From the human T2T-CHM13v2.0 reference genome, Homo sapiens, in NCBI RefSeq assembly GCF_009914755.1, contig NC_060936.1: DNA of 64,000 nucleotides. One strand, given 5' to 3'. This document shows, one piece after another, positions 33,998-50,885 of the stretch. Position numbers and translations under genes: made by a program. Each line of letters begins with the position of its first letter. Positions within the stretch are counted from its first letter, which is position 1. The notes under the pieces were generated by a model, which made no database searches, had not been told where the DNA came from, and saw nothing but the letters and a program-made list of their open reading frames with translations.

Positions 33998-36442
33998 TGA
34001 TATGGTTTGGCTGTGTCCCCACCAAAATCTCATCTTGAATTGTAACTCTGACAGTTCCCACGTGTTGTGTGAGGAACCTGGTGGGAGGTGATTGAATTAT
34101 GGGGGCAAGTCTTTCCTGCACTGTTCTTGTGGTAGTGAATGAGTCTCACAAGATCTGATGGTTTTAAAAATAGGAGTTTCCCTGCACAAGCTCTCTCTTT
34201 GCCTGCCACCATCCATGTAAGACATGACTTGCTCCTCCTTGCTTTCTGCTGCCATGGTTGTGACTTCCCCAGTCATGTGGAACTGTACGTCTATTAAACT
34301 TTTTTCCTGTATAAATTGCCCAGTCTTGGGTATGTCTTTATCAGCAGTGTGAAAACCGACTAATACAGTAAATTGGTACTAGTAGAGTGGGGCACTGCTG
34401 AAAAGATACCTGAATGTGGAAGTGACTTTGGAACTGGGTAACAGGCAGAGGTTGGAACAGTTTGGAGGGGTCAGAAGATGACAGGAAAATTTGGGAAAGT
34501 TTGGAATTTCCTGAGACTTGTTGAATGGCTTTGACAAAAATGCTGAAAGTGATATGAACAGTAAGGTCCGGGCTGAGGTGGTCTCAGATGGAGATGAGGA
34601 ACTTGTTGGGAACTGGAAGAAAGGTGACTCTTGTTATGTTTTAGCAGACGGGCAGCATTTTGCCCCTGCCCTAGAGATCTGTGGAACTCTGAACTTGAGA
34701 GATGATTTAGGTTATCTTGTGGAAGAAATTTCTAAGCAGCAATGCATTCAAGGGTGACTTGGGTGTTCTTAAAGGCATTTCATTTTATAAGGCAAGGAGA
34801 GTATAAAAGTTCAAAAAATTTGCAGCCTGACAATGCGATAGAAAAGAAAACCCCATTTTCTGAGGAAGAATTCAAGCCAGCTACAGAAATTTGCGTAAGT
34901 AAAGAGAAGCCTAATGTTAATCCCCAAGACAATGGGGGAAAATATCTCCCAGGGAATGTCAGAGGTCTTCACGGCAGCCCCTCCCATTATAGGCCCAGAG
35001 GCCTAGAAGGAAAAAGTGGTTTCATGGGCCAGGCCCAGGCTCCCTGTGCTATGTGCAGCCTAGGGATTTGGTACCCTGCATCCCAGCTGCTCCAGCCATG
35101 GATGAAAGGGGCCAACACAGAGCTTGGGCCATAGCTTCAGAAGGTGCAAGCCCCAACCCTGGCAGCTTCCACATGGTGCTGAGCCTGCTGGTGCACAGAA
35201 GTCAAGAACTGGGGATTGGGAGCCTCCGCCTAGATTTCAGTGGATGTATGGAAATGCCTGGATGCCCAGGCAGAATTTTGCAGCAGGGGTGGGGCCCTCA
35301 TGGAGAACCTCTGCTAGGGCAGTGTGGAAGGGAAATGTGGGGTCAAAGCCCCCACACAAAGTCCCTACTGGGGTACCACCTAGTGGAGCTGTGAGAAGAA
35401 GGCCACCGTCCTCCTGACTCCAGAAGGGTAGATCCACTGACACCTTGCACCATGTGCCTGGAAAAGGTGCCAGCAGACACTCAATACCAGTCCATGAAAG
35501 CAGCCAAGAGGAAGGCTGTATCCTGCAAAGCCACAGGGGCAGAGCTGCCCAAGACCATGGAACCCATCTCTTTTTTTTTTTTTTTTGTTTTGAGACAGAG
35601 TCTTGCTCTGTTGCCCAGGCTGGAGCACAGTGGCGCGATCTCAGCTCACTGTAAGCTCCGCCTCCTGGAAACCCACCTCTTAACATCAGCGTGACATGTA
35701 TGTGAAACATGGAGTCAAAGGAAATCATTTTGGAACTTTTAAGATTTGACTGTCCTGCTGGATTTCGGATTTGCATGGGGCCTGTAGCCCCTTTGTTTTG
35801 GCCAACTTCTCCCATTTGGAATAGCTGTATTTACCCAATGCCTTGTACCCCCACTGTATCTAGGAAATAACTGAATTGCTTTTGATTTTATAGGCTCATA
35901 GGCAGAAGGGACTTGTCTTGTCTCAGACAGGACATTGGACTGTGGACTTCTGAGTTAATGGTGAAATGAGTTAAAACTTTGGGGGACAGTTAGGAATGCA
36001 TGATTGGTTTAGAAATCTGAGGACATAAGATTTGGGAGGGGCCAGGGCAGAATGATATGGTTTGGCTGTGTCCCCACCCAAATTTCACCTTGAATTGTAG
36101 CTCTCACAATTCCCACATGTTGTAGGAGGAAGCTGGTGGAAGGTGACTGAATTATGATTGAAGGTGATTGAATTATGGGGGTGGGTCTTTCCTGTGCTGT
36201 TCTTGTGGTAGTGAATGAGTCTCATGAGATCTGATGGTTTTAAAAATGGGAGTTTCCCTGCACAAGCTCTCTCTTTGCCTGCTGCCATCCACATAAGATG
36301 TGATTTGCTCCTCCTTGCCTTCCGCCATGATTGTGAGGCTTCCCCAGCCATGTGGAACTGTATGTCTAGTAAACCTCTTTCTTTTGTAAATTGCCCAGTC
36401 TCGGGTATGTCTTTATCAGAAGCATGAAAATGGACTAATACA
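33998..36442 (+). mobile_element. Complete THE1 MaLR provirus: 5' LTR 33998-34367, internal 34368-36052, 3' LTR 36053-36442
   Basis: two LTRs beginning tgatatggtttggctgtgtccccacc and ending taataca; internal starts gtaaattggtac; polypurine tract before the 3' LTR; truncated Alu (-) at 35571-35667 inside. Confidence 0.93.
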
Positions 36443-36624
36443 GAGGAGGAAAAAAAGACTCTGCCTTATGCATCTCTTCCTATGGCTGGTTGTAATTTGT
36501 ATAATGTGACTACAATGGATGTGACTTTAATATATTTCAGTGGTTCTGTGAGTCTTTCTAGTGAATTTTGAACCAGAGGGTAGTTTTTGGAAACTCCCAA
36601 AGTTGTAGTTGGTGTCTGAAGTCT

Positions 36625-38005
36625 TTATTTTTGTTCTTCCAACTTTTGCTTTAGTTCAGGGGGTACATGTGCAGGTTTGTTATACTGGTAAACTGCGTGT
36701 CACTGGGGTTTGGTGTATAAATAATTTCACAACCCAAGTAGCGGGCATAGTACCCGTTAAGTAGTTTTTCAATCCTCACCCTTCCCCAACCCTCCACCCT
36801 CAAGTAAGACCCCATGTCTTCTGTTTCCCTCTTTGTGTCCATGTGCACTCAATGTGTAGCTCCCACTTATAAGTGAGAATATGCAATATTTGGTTTTCTT
36901 TTCCTGCATTAATTCACTTGGGATAATGGCCTCCAGCTGCATCCATGTTGCTACAAAGAACATGACTGCATTCTTTTCATGGCTACATAGTACTCTGCGG
37001 TGTATATGTACCACAGTTTCTTTATCCACTGCACTGATGGGCATCTAGGTTGATTCCATGACTTTGTTATTGTGAATAGTGCTGCCATGAACATACAAGT
37101 GCACGTTATCTTTGGTAGAAAAATTTATATTCCTATGGGTATATACCCAGTAATGGGATTGCTGGGTCAATTGGTAGTTCTTTTTTAAATTCTTTGAGAA
37201 AACTCCAAACTGCTTTCCACAGTGGTTGAACTATTTTACATTCCCACCAACAGTGTATAAGCATTCCCTTTTCTCCACAACCTCACCAACATCTATTTTT
37301 TTGTGTTTTAATAACAGCCATTCTGAGTGGGGTGAGATGGTATTTCACTGTGGTTTTGATTTGTATTTCTCAGTTGATTAGTGATGTTGAGCACTGTTTC
37401 ATATGCTTGTTGGCTGCACATATGTCTTCTTTTGAGAAGTGTGTGTTCATGTCCTTTGCCCACTTTTTAATGGTGTTTGGTTTTTGCTTGTCGATTCAAT
37501 TTCCTTATAGGTTCTGGATATTAAGACCTTTGTCAGATAAATAATTTGTGAATATTTTCTCCCATTCTGTAGGATGTCTGTTGACAGTTTATTTTGCTGT
37601 ATAGAAGCTCTTTAATGAGGTTTCACTTGCCTATTTTTGTTTTTGTTGCAATTACTTTTGGAGTCTTCCTCATGAGATCTTGGCCGAGGCCAATCTCTAG
37701 AATTCTATTTCCTTGGTTGTCTTCCAGGGTTTCTATAGTGTCAGCCTTTACATTTAAGTCTTTCATTTCATCTTGAGTTAATTTTTGTGTGTGGTGAAAC
37801 AACAGGGTCTAATTTCAATCTTCTGCATATGACCAACCAGTTATCCCAGCAACATTATTAAATAGGAAAGCATTTCCCCACTGCTTGTTATTGTCGACTT
37901 TGTCGAAGATCACATGGTTGTAGGTGTGCAGCTTTATTTCTAGGTTCCCTAATCTGTTCCATTGGTCTATGCATCTGTTTTTGTAATGAGAACATGCTGT
38001 TTTGT
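36625..38005 (-). mobile_element. 5'-truncated L1 (L1PA15/16-like), sense to the gene
   Basis: reverse-complement 3'UTR and ORF2 end; degenerate TSD tgtctgaag / tgtcagaag. Confidence 0.88.
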
Positions 38006-38236
38006 GTCAGAAGCATTTAGGCAAACTTAAGGACTGTGCCTATAAAGTTAGTTTGGTTAACTGAGTAACCATATAATCAAAAATTAATAAACTGATATTT
38101 TCTATGCCATCTAATATGGCCATTTCATAAACCTTGTAAAGATTTTTTAAATAAAATGGTAGCATTTGTTATTTAAGTTGCTTAGATGAGATACTAAAGT
38201 GTTTATGAGAAAACTTAATTGGAAAAGAAAACATAC

Positions 38237-38355
38237 CTGGTATATATTGAAATCTGCAAGTCTAACCACAACAGAACTAGACATTAGCTTAGCTTTTGAT
38301 TGTTGAGATAATACTGAAGGTGTTCTGCATGTCCCTTTCAGAGGGTAGTCCTTCT
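38237..38355 (-). CDS. BLTP3B: Exon 11 (119 nt): (E)KDYPLKG...RLADFNIYQ
   Basis: caacag|AGAAG ... CAG|gtatgt; phase 1 to 0. Confidence 0.95.
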
Positions 38356-38619
38356 CTGTTGGAAACAAAAACTCCTTTCAATTCATTGCAAAATTATTTT
38401 TAACAGTCACTCTTTTATTATTAAGGCAGGTACCAGAAATATATGTGAATACTAACTTCTCAAACAAGATAATATTTGTGGACATACTTTATAAATTATA
38501 AAGTAATACAGGATGTAAGTTATTGTGATGATTATTCTTTTAAGAAGAATCACACATGTCACATTTAAGTTAGTCTTCTACAAAAACTCTGGAATGGGAC
38601 TCTTGTTAAAAATGACATA

Positions 38620-38990
38620 TTTACATAGAAGTAGAAAGTGAAGGGTATGGGGGAGGGAAGGGGAGGGGCAGACAATGGGTGATTAGTGAATACAAAGGTA
38701 TAGCTAGATAGGAGAAGTAAATTCTAGCATTTATAGGGTGACTATAATTAATAATTTATTTTTTCAAATAGCTAGTAAGAGCAGATTTTGAATGCTCCCA
38801 ACTTAACTAATAAATGTCTGAGGTGACGAATATGCTAATTACTCTGCTTTTAGTGTTATACGTTTGTATACATGTATCAAAATATCACATTTCAATGCTT
38901 ACTGGGCCAGCAAAAAAAAAAAAAAGTAGTAGTATCACACTGTACCTCATAAATACGTACAATTATTATGTGTTGACTTAAAAAAAAAAG
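38620..38990 (+). mobile_element. L1M 3' end fragment
   Basis: agctagataggagaagtaaattctag ... catgtatcaaaatatcaca ... ataaatacgtacaattatt. Confidence 0.75.
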
Positions 38991-39128
38991 AAACCTTCTA
39001 GAAAAATTCTTCCTGGGTGTGACTATTATTGGTTGTATTAATTTTAAAAGTGCTTTGGTCCACAAGCCTATGTTGGTCTGAGCAAAGGATACAGGGGTTT
39101 TAGACATTAATTAAAAATACTTGGCTTA

Positions 39129-39573
<445 letters not shown>

Positions 39574-39599
39574 ATACTCATTTACAGGAAATACTATGA

Positions 39600-39600
<1 letters not shown>

Positions 39601-39644
<44 letters not shown>
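39601..39644. repeat. (CA)22 microsatellite, read as (UG)22 in the pre-mRNA
   Basis: read directly from the sequence. Confidence 0.97.
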
Positions 39645-39648
<4 letters not shown>

Positions 39649-39693
39649 GCAAACACTCTTAATATTAGGGGAATGCTATTATAGGTAAAATAC

Positions 39694-39876
39694 CTGTTTG
39701 TGTGTGCTGGGGAGAGGCATGTGTTGGGGATTTAGGAGGTGAACCTACATTATGATCCTTCACAGCCTGTTTAAGCATTTCAACGTTGCACTCAAATTCA
39801 TGCAATAACTCATTGGCCCATCCATTTTTTGTTTTGGTTGCATCACTAAAATACATCCAATGATTACAACTATCTC
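39694..39876 (-). CDS. BLTP3B: Exon 10 (183 nt): (G)DSCNHWMYFSD...SPQHTQT(E)
   Basis: ttacag|GAGAT ... CAG|gtattt; phase 1-1. Confidence 0.95.
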
Positions 39877-41492
39877 CTGTAAAATGAACAACAGGTATTT
39901 CATTGAAAAATGTACAACTTTCATTTATTATATTATAGTAATGCTTCCAATGAGATTTAGTCGTTTATTCAAGAAAGACTTTGATATCTGAAAAATTTAC
40001 AGGCTTCACCTACATGTAATTTCGAAATATGAGTAAAACATTTGAAACAGAGGGAAAGAATGTCAAAAGCAAATCATCTGGAGGAGTTTCTATCTAGTAC
40101 CCATTCTTAGTAGAAAATCACTAAGATTCAATTTAAAGCCATATGACTCGTCACCCTTCACTGGATGCTCAATTACCTGGTAAACCTGCATTAAACTGAA
40201 TCCCAGAAAATATTATCAAATAAATAGAATCCTTTCTTCAAAGATGTGTTATCAAGTTAACTAACAAAAACCTAAACCACAAAAATGATAAGATGATGAT
40301 GATTAAAACATTTAAGAAACCAATAAAACTTCTCAAGATGTACTCAGCCATAGTTAGTTTTTGGAAGAAAAATATATAATCAGAATCATTAGGCTTCTCT
40401 GTAGCAACTAAGAAAAATGCACATAAAAGGGTTAAGACAATAAAATCAGGCCAGGCGCAGTGGCTCACATCTGTAATCAATCCCAGCACTTTGGGAGGCT
40501 GAGGCAGAAGGTCGAGGCTGTAGTGAGCAGTGATCACACCACTGCACTCGTGAGGCCTTGGATCAAAAAAAAAAAAGAAAATTTACTCTATGAATGTTTC
40601 ACACCTCTTCAAAAATAAATATCTAGTTAAAAATTTTATGCATTTGTAAGTTAATTTATGAGTCAGGACGATAGTATATAAGACAAAATCCTTCAAAAGA
40701 GAATTATTATATTGAATGTTGGCAATGAAAATTTAAAATGAAAAAAAAATCATACAACTTTTAAATTTAATCAGGTACCAACATAGAAATGACAAACATT
40801 GGTTAAAAAACGTGTAAACAAAAATGTGTGAACAGAAAAACTTTACCATTTTTTAAATGTCCTGGAAAACTCTATGATCTCTAGTTTGGTTTTTCTCACT
40901 TGTGTGAATGCTAAATACTAACAGAAGGCAAAAACGGTATAAAGTCAAATTAATTTGGTCACAATAATCATACTTTTTTTTTCTTTTCATTATTTGGGAG
41001 AAAGAATCTACCAATACCAGATTGTTAAGAGCCTATGAAATCTGGAATCCTATAATTTAGCTAAACATACTCTTATTCTTAGCTTCATACTCTTTTCATT
41101 CCTAGCTTCATACTCTTTTCTAATTTTTAAATATATAAATCATTTAAAAATTTAAAACATTAATAACTTGTTTTGGTCACAACTAACAAAACAGCACAAA
41201 CACATGTCCTCTGTACCCTGATTTTTTTTTAAGTTTTAAATTGGTTATTTGGAAAACTGTCAATTTCTAAAAATTATGATTTCTAAAAATCTATATAAAT
41301 GTCAATATACACTGTATGACTATATTCCATGGCAATTCTACTTTCTTAATGAAATACTGCCAGGAGAAAAATACCAATCTCTTCATCTCATTTCTTGTTA
41401 ACAAATAAAAGCAAGATAAAACTAAACTAAATAAATTAGCTATATAATTTGAAAACAACATTTATATCTTTTAAAGATGCTGTTATACACAC

Positions 41493-41576
41493 CTGCTTTA
41501 TGATAAGGATAATAATCTATAGTTAGCTGTGTAAAAGAGAGTTGCATTGCCCCTCCAGTAATACGTCTGTTTGACT
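41493..41576 (-). CDS. BLTP3B: Exon 9 (84 nt): (E)SNRRITGGAMQLSFTQLTIDYYPYHKA(G)
   Basis: long C/T homopolymer tract then cccag|AGTCA ... CAG|gtgtgt; phase 1-1. Confidence 0.95.
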
Positions 41577-41719
41577 CTGGGAAAAAAAAAGGGGGGGGGG
41601 GAAATATTAAGTCAATTATCAGAAAGATTTAATTTACCACAGAAAAATTTTAGCATACTTGGAGTCCAAATAGTAATAACTGTCTCTCTTTTATGACGGC
41701 ACATTAAGGATTTTAGGAA

Positions 41720-42460
<741 letters not shown>

Positions 42461-42632
42461 AATCAAAAGTAGATTACAAATTGGTATAACGTGAACATAA
42501 AAATCAAATTTTAAAACAAAATGGGCAAATCAATCAGAAGAAAGAAAAATACTAACTGAGACATAGCTATGTATACACTCCCTATATTAATTTGTAAAAT
42601 CCAATTTATCTCAACTAGTAGAATTTTCAGCA

Positions 42633-42939
42633 CAGGTCTACAATCCCTTACGTAAAACCTTTGGAAAGCCAAATGTTTCAGAATTCAGAAATGTTTAGAT
42701 TTCACGACAGTAATATGATACGGTATATACAGGATATACCATGCAACACTCTCAGCAGGTTCTGAGGCAGCACTAATAAAAATAGCAATTCTGCAGCAAA
42801 ACATAAATATTTATAGGAAGCAGGCAAAGAATAAAAAAAAGTATTGGCATAAGTCAGGTTTTGCCACCAAATGAGTTTTTCACAAACTTATAATATTTCA
42901 GAGCCTTTTGGATTTCACAATAGTGATTACAGACCTGTA
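42633..42939. mobile_element. MER33-like hAT DNA transposon
   Basis: imperfect terminal inverted repeats caggtctacaatc / gattacagacctg. Confidence 0.7.
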
Positions 42940-44133
42940 CTATTAAGGAGATATTTTGGTGAAAAGGTTTTCTTCCTAAATAAAATCATTCAATTTATTC
43001 TATCAGGGAATAGTGAGGAATGTAAGGCCTTAGAAAACACTTTCTCCATTCTCATTCTTACTACTTAATCTTGACCACCTCATTTTCTTAGTTTGGTTTG
43101 TTCTAACTTTTTTGGATTTTCCTTTCAAATCTCTAAAGTAAAAGATGCCAACTATAAGTCAAATGACACAATGGTAGTCAGAACAAAAGATAACAAATCC
43201 CTCCACAAACCCCGAATCTTCCTCACCTTTGCCCCTCCAACCTTTTAGGCTGGAATCTTTTAGGCTGCCTTGTCTAATGAAGGCAGGGTAACTTCTACTG
43301 CTAAGTATCCAGGGTCTCAATATTCACTTTCTCAGCTTAAAAACACATGGCAAAAATTTTTGTAGATATAGATCCTGATTCAGATCTGAGGCACAGAGAT
43401 CAGATAACTCTATTGTTTAAAGGTCTTCAGCCTGATTCTAATGCTCACCAAAGTTTGAGAATTATAGTCCTTAAGGTAGGCCTACCTGCTGAACTCAACC
43501 CCAACACTTCTGGGCCAGGGATGCTCTCCAGCAGAGAAACAAAAACGCCCAGCGCCTAGATTACAGAACTACATCTACTAAATAAGGAAAAATAACAGGG
43601 ACAAAAACTAAAAGAAAATTCCTAACTGGAATTTTGCTTCCTAATCAAATTTTGGAAGGATGGGAAGAGAGGTGGCCATAAAATATGTTAAATAGTTGCA
43701 CAGTTGTGCTTCTATTCAAAATAGGTAGAAAAACTGCAATGCTGAAAACACATCTACAAATAATTATGAATTAAGTATGGACTAAAATTTAATTTGGAGA
43801 CAATTTCAACATTATCAAAAAGTTAATTCAAAGGCGAGTCTAATATTTCATCATCCTCCTAGAGGATCATCTATTCAGTCTGATTTTTTTAAAGCTAATT
43901 TTATTGTTAGCATTGATAGCTAACAAATAATTAAGCTTAAGTACTGCTAAAGCAAAATAAAATTTCATACCAATATATGCTTCCAGTTGTGCCTTTCATC
44001 TATATATTCATATGAACACAATTATGACAAATTATCTTACAGGACATCCTACACAACAGATTTAATAAACAATCCAGTTTTGTAGTCAATTCTAGAAAAA
44101 CCAAAATAGTTTGAAATAAGCAAGTTATTTTAC

Positions 44134-44314
44134 CTTTTTCTTTAGCATGAATGTCATCACATATGTGTAGATCTAGATGAGAAATCACTAAATGATGGGA
44201 GGTTTCCTTAACATCAAAATCATTGAATAGTTTCACAATTGCATCATTTACATCAGGAGCATTTGAAGTTTGCGTTGTCTTCACTTGCTGGGCAGATGCG
44301 ACTACTGTAGAGCT
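44134..44314 (-). CDS. BLTP3B: Exon 8 (181 nt): SSTVVASAQQV...DDIHAKEK(E)
   Basis: ttttag|AGCTCT ... AAG|gtaaaa; phase 0 to 1. Confidence 0.95.
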
Positions 44315-44507
44315 CTAAAAAGATTCGAAACTGCCTTATCACTGCCAATTTAAATACTGGAAATTTCACACAAAAATCTAAGTATTTTCAGTCGAAAGTC
44401 ATGAAAAATAACCATAGTACATCTTATTTTTCATCAATAATATATTTTCCCTAAAATATTTTCTGAATTACCTAAGAATAAAACTAAAATTTAAAAACGG
44501 TAAAACT

Positions 44508-44825
<318 letters not shown>

Positions 44826-45000
44826 CTATACACAAATCAAATATGAACCCAATATATCTCAGTAAATATCTGAAGTTATATTTAACATATTTATAGCCCT
44901 TGTTTTAGAAAATGTAGTTAACTCTTAAAGGCAGTTTATTTGAATATTATATATATTAAAAACAAAACAAATGTGGGCCCTGTATACACTGTTATATATC

Positions 45001-45352
45001 TGATATGGTTTGGCCCTGTGTCCCCACCCAAATCTCATCTTGAATGGTAGTCCCACAATTCCCACGTGTTGTGGGAGAGACCTGGTGGGAGATAATTCAA
45101 TCATGGGGGTGGCTTCCCCCATACTGTTCTGGTGGTAGTAAATAAGTCTCACGAGATCTGATGGTTTATCAGGGGTTTCTGCTTTTGCAGCTTCCTCATT
45201 GTTTCTTTGACTGCTGCCATCCATGTAAAATGGGACTTGATCCTCCTTGCCTTTCACCACGATTACGAGGCTTCCCCAGCCACATGGAACTGTAAGTAGA
45301 TTGCCCTGTCTCGGGTATGTCTTTATCAGCAGCGTGAAAAGGGACTAATATG
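45001..45352 (+). mobile_element. THE1 solo LTR
   Basis: tgatatggtttggccctgtgtccccaccc ... gactaata; 5-bp TSD atatc. Confidence 0.92.
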
Positions 45353-46248
45353 ATATCCTATAGAAATAAAGCACATCTTTGTAGAAGCCCCTGTGATATT
45401 ATTTAGTACTCTAAGTGCTCTGGTGCCTCTCCTAAAAGATGTGGTATGTCCTTTGAACTTGAATAACTAAAGAAGCCAGAAAGGAGACAGGATTTATAAA
45501 TAGGTTGTGAGTTCAAATATTTTTCTCCCTGAAGAGAAATAGTATAGAACCCTGTTGATATATAAAAATAAATATGAACCTCTAATAGCCTAAAATTATT
45601 TTGTATACATAACTATAATGTAAGATTATCTGACATATGAGCCACAAAACTGTAGATGAATTTTTATAATAATTATAAGACCAAATTTTCCACTTTAAAA
45701 ATTAACAATGTTCAAATTTAGAACAAGTTATTAACTAAAGATAATTAAAGAAAATCAAAGTATATGTATTTTGCATGTATATATATTTACACATATTACA
45801 TCTATGAAGAACTATGATCATACTGTAAAAGAACTGCAAAGTATACTTAGTAAATGAGAATCTCTTCATGAAAATGATTGCAGCCCAAGGTAAGTAAAGA
45901 AACAAAGTGAAATATAGCTGTAAAACGTTAAATACTATAGACTCCAGAAAACTTTTTATTAATTAATTGTTAAACTGATATCAAACACTTTTTCTCCTGC
46001 TTTTCCCATTTTCAAAGCTATAACAAGACTGTATTTATGTCTATGATGGTGCTATTTAAAATACTCTCCGGTACTTCTTTCATTATGTTTTCTCTCTTAT
46101 CAAGATAAATACTGATAAAAATAAAAATATAAACATTTATCTACCTACAAACCTTTTTCTTAATACTATGGTAAAGTCAGGTTTTGGGATGCTATTTCTG
46201 GAAGAAAAAAAATGGGCCACTATAAGCTCTCTGCCTCATGAATAATCC

Positions 46249-47316
<1,068 letters not shown>

Positions 47317-47662
47317 CCTATGAATAATGTTAATAACTCTTAATTTTCAAAATAGTCTTCTTTCTCTTTTAGAGAAGAATAAAATGAAGCTAAGCAAATA
47401 CTTATAATAGAAAACAACTGCCTAGTTGTAAAGTTGAGCAAAGAAACACTGTTAACTAATTCACTTTCTGACACGTTGTCTTGGGACCTGAAACAATCAG
47501 ATTAGGACATTCTGTGTGATATCTGAAGTAGTGACATGATAACTACTACCCAAGAAAGCAATTCTGTGGTAATGGTTAAGTATATCCACTATAAAATATT
47601 ATGGAGCAACAAAACGTAATAGCTACAAAGACTAAAGACATGGAAGAAACTTGCATATGCCC

Positions 47663-47792
47663 ACTAACTACAACTAGGAAAAAGTACATATGCTGGGGCA
47701 AAAACCTGTAAGAAAATACCTCAAAATACTAACTACAACTAAGAAAAAGTACATAGGCCGGGGCAAAAACCTGTAAGAAAATACCTCAAAAT
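47663..47792. repeat. 65-bp tandem duplication
   Basis: actaactacaacta(g/a)gaaaaagtacata...cctcaaaat x2. Confidence 0.93.
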
Positions 47793-49344
47793 GGTAGCAC
47801 AGGTTTTATTAGCATAGTGAGATTACAAAATTTTGTCCTTGTTACTAGTTTCCTAATATATATGTATCTAGTTTTCTAATCCATATTCCATTTTATATAA
47901 ACATATCCACATATTATAAGAGCTATATAGTAATATCAACCTTCAATCTATTAGTCTTTAACTACGACTGCCATCTCTGTTACCAATCACAACCTAAGCT
48001 ACCAAAATCTTCCTTGCAAGTCTTAACAGAATAGTATTTATGTCTATGATGGTAATATTGCAAAATAGTCTCCTGTACTTCTTTCCTTATACTTTTTCAG
48101 CTTCAAAATGACTTTTCTTACCCTCACCTCCCTTAAATCTACTTCCTTCTGCCTTCCCTTATTGGCTAACGGTACTACCAACTGTCATTCTAAAGTTCTG
48201 AACTTTTCTCTCTTCCTTATCCTCAACTTACTTAAAAACTTCCACTGGCTCCCAAATGCCCATAGGAAAATGTCCAAATTCTTCAATACATTATACAACA
48301 TGTTTCATATACAGTCACTGCAAACTTTTGTTTCAACTCGGGCTACCAGTCCAGGAAAACTATTCTATGTTAGGGCCCAGTGGTCTGTTTGCCAAACGTT
48401 TAAAATCAGGTCCCCCAGAGAATTCTGCAGATGCCTCATGGATGAATAATTTATTGGTAGAATAATACAGAGTTTACCTTCAATTCTATATCTGTTTATT
48501 TGTTTTTATGGCTACAGGCTCTAGAAGACCTTGTTCACATAAATAGACAGATTGGAAGGAAAGCAGTTTTGTTTTAGCCATGTGACTCGATTCTTTCGAG
48601 TTACCTGCCAGGATTCACAAAGTGATCTACTATAAAAAAATTACTTTAATAATCTCTAATAGCTGACAATTATTTGATCTTCCTTCACATGTGTTGAAAA
48701 TAACTAAAAATCATCTGGCTTGCAATTTCCAACATGAATAGCAATATTTCAAATTGCCACTCTATCTTGTTTCCCAGAGGAGTTTTTACCCCCTTCCTGT
48801 TCAAATCCATCCTAGTAAGACTGAGGATGAGTAATAATGTCTTTCATTTATAAAGTAGGATTAGAGTCATTATGGAAAGGGAAAACCAGCCTGACATCTT
48901 AATGCAACCATATTCTCTGGCAGATCAAGTTTAAGAAAGAATACACATCAAGGTGGAATGTGTGGAACTCAATTTCTTTAAAATATAAAACTTGGAAAAT
49001 TGTAATATATCGTGAGGCATTTGAACCTCACTCCTAAAAACGCTACTCTAGTAACACCAAATTTCTTATCTTTACCAGAAAATATCATGATCTTTAAAAA
49101 TACTATATTTCTGCAGATTCTATTGTCTCTTCTGAAATGCCTTTTCCCTATGTCTGCCTGTGAACTGCTACTCATTTCTAAGACGTAATTTTATTAACCT
49201 CTTTGTGAAACCTTTCCACACCCTGCAAGCAATTAATTAAAACCTCTCTGTGTTTCTGTAGTCCCTACACAGAACCCTTTCCCTTACTTCTTCATGCTAA
49301 CATTTATGTTGAACTACAATGATTTGGGGATTTGTTTGTTTTCC

Positions 49345-50084
<740 letters not shown>

Positions 50085-50885
50085 GCCTAAATGTATGCCA
50101 TTCCCATGTACAAAGCTGGATCACCAACAAGCTATATATCTGAGATGTATAACACTGTTTCCAAGGAAATAGCTTCGTAGGTGTATAATTTTATAATATT
50201 TAGTTACGTTTTTACTAGAGGTAGATATAAAAATTCATTTATACTTTGCATAAAATTATTTAAAATATTATCCATTATAACTATCACTGTCTCTTCTATA
50301 AAGACCTTGATGTACTGGTACTCAGAACTTACTACTGGGAAAGACCAGAAAAACTTTTCCTCTCCATACCAACTAATAATGCTCCATACAAACTAATAAT
50401 CACTTTTAAGAAAGTGATAAATAGCTCATTATGCTTGTCCCTGTTCTTGCCCCAGCCATCAGACAACTCCAACAGAAGTTTTGTGTTCAATTTCAGCAAT
50501 TCCTTATGGCTTTGATTCTCTGCACAGTTAACTCTCACACGTCCTCTCTTGCCTATAATTACCCAGGTTTTTTCCTCATTTGCTTTTACTTTAGTAGTTT
50601 TAAAACTGTACTCTTTTAACTTCCTAAACAGAGGTATTAAAACATCGAATACTTTTATGTCATCATTAGCTTTAGTGCCTAATACAGAGCTCTAAACAGA
50701 ATAAACACTAACAGATATGATAGCTACTACTTATATAAAATTACATAGAAGATATCTAGATAAAGAAGATTCTTGTACTCAAAACCTCACAATCTGTCTC
50801 TTAAAGAAAATACCAACAATTCCTTCTAATTTTTAAACTATTTTCATGTAAAGTAAGTATTTTTCCTGTTAACTTTATAGCTTAC

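Larger units (their letters stand above)
33194..38040. mobile_element. Old LTR (MER21-like) split into four pieces by nested insertions
   Basis: host fragments ~33194-33277, 33693-33997, 36443-36624 and after 38005 rejoin across the nested elements; family call is tentative. Confidence 0.5.

Noticed and set aside
34518-35815. Overlapping 80-190 aa ORFs on both strands
   Set aside because: They lie in the THE1 internal region and an Alu fragment; GC-rich, frameshifted, with no sign of a host gene
46031-46090. Intronic box C/D snoRNA suggested by ATGATGG
   Set aside because: Box C is imperfect, no convincing terminal stem is visible, and it lies on the strand opposite the host transcript
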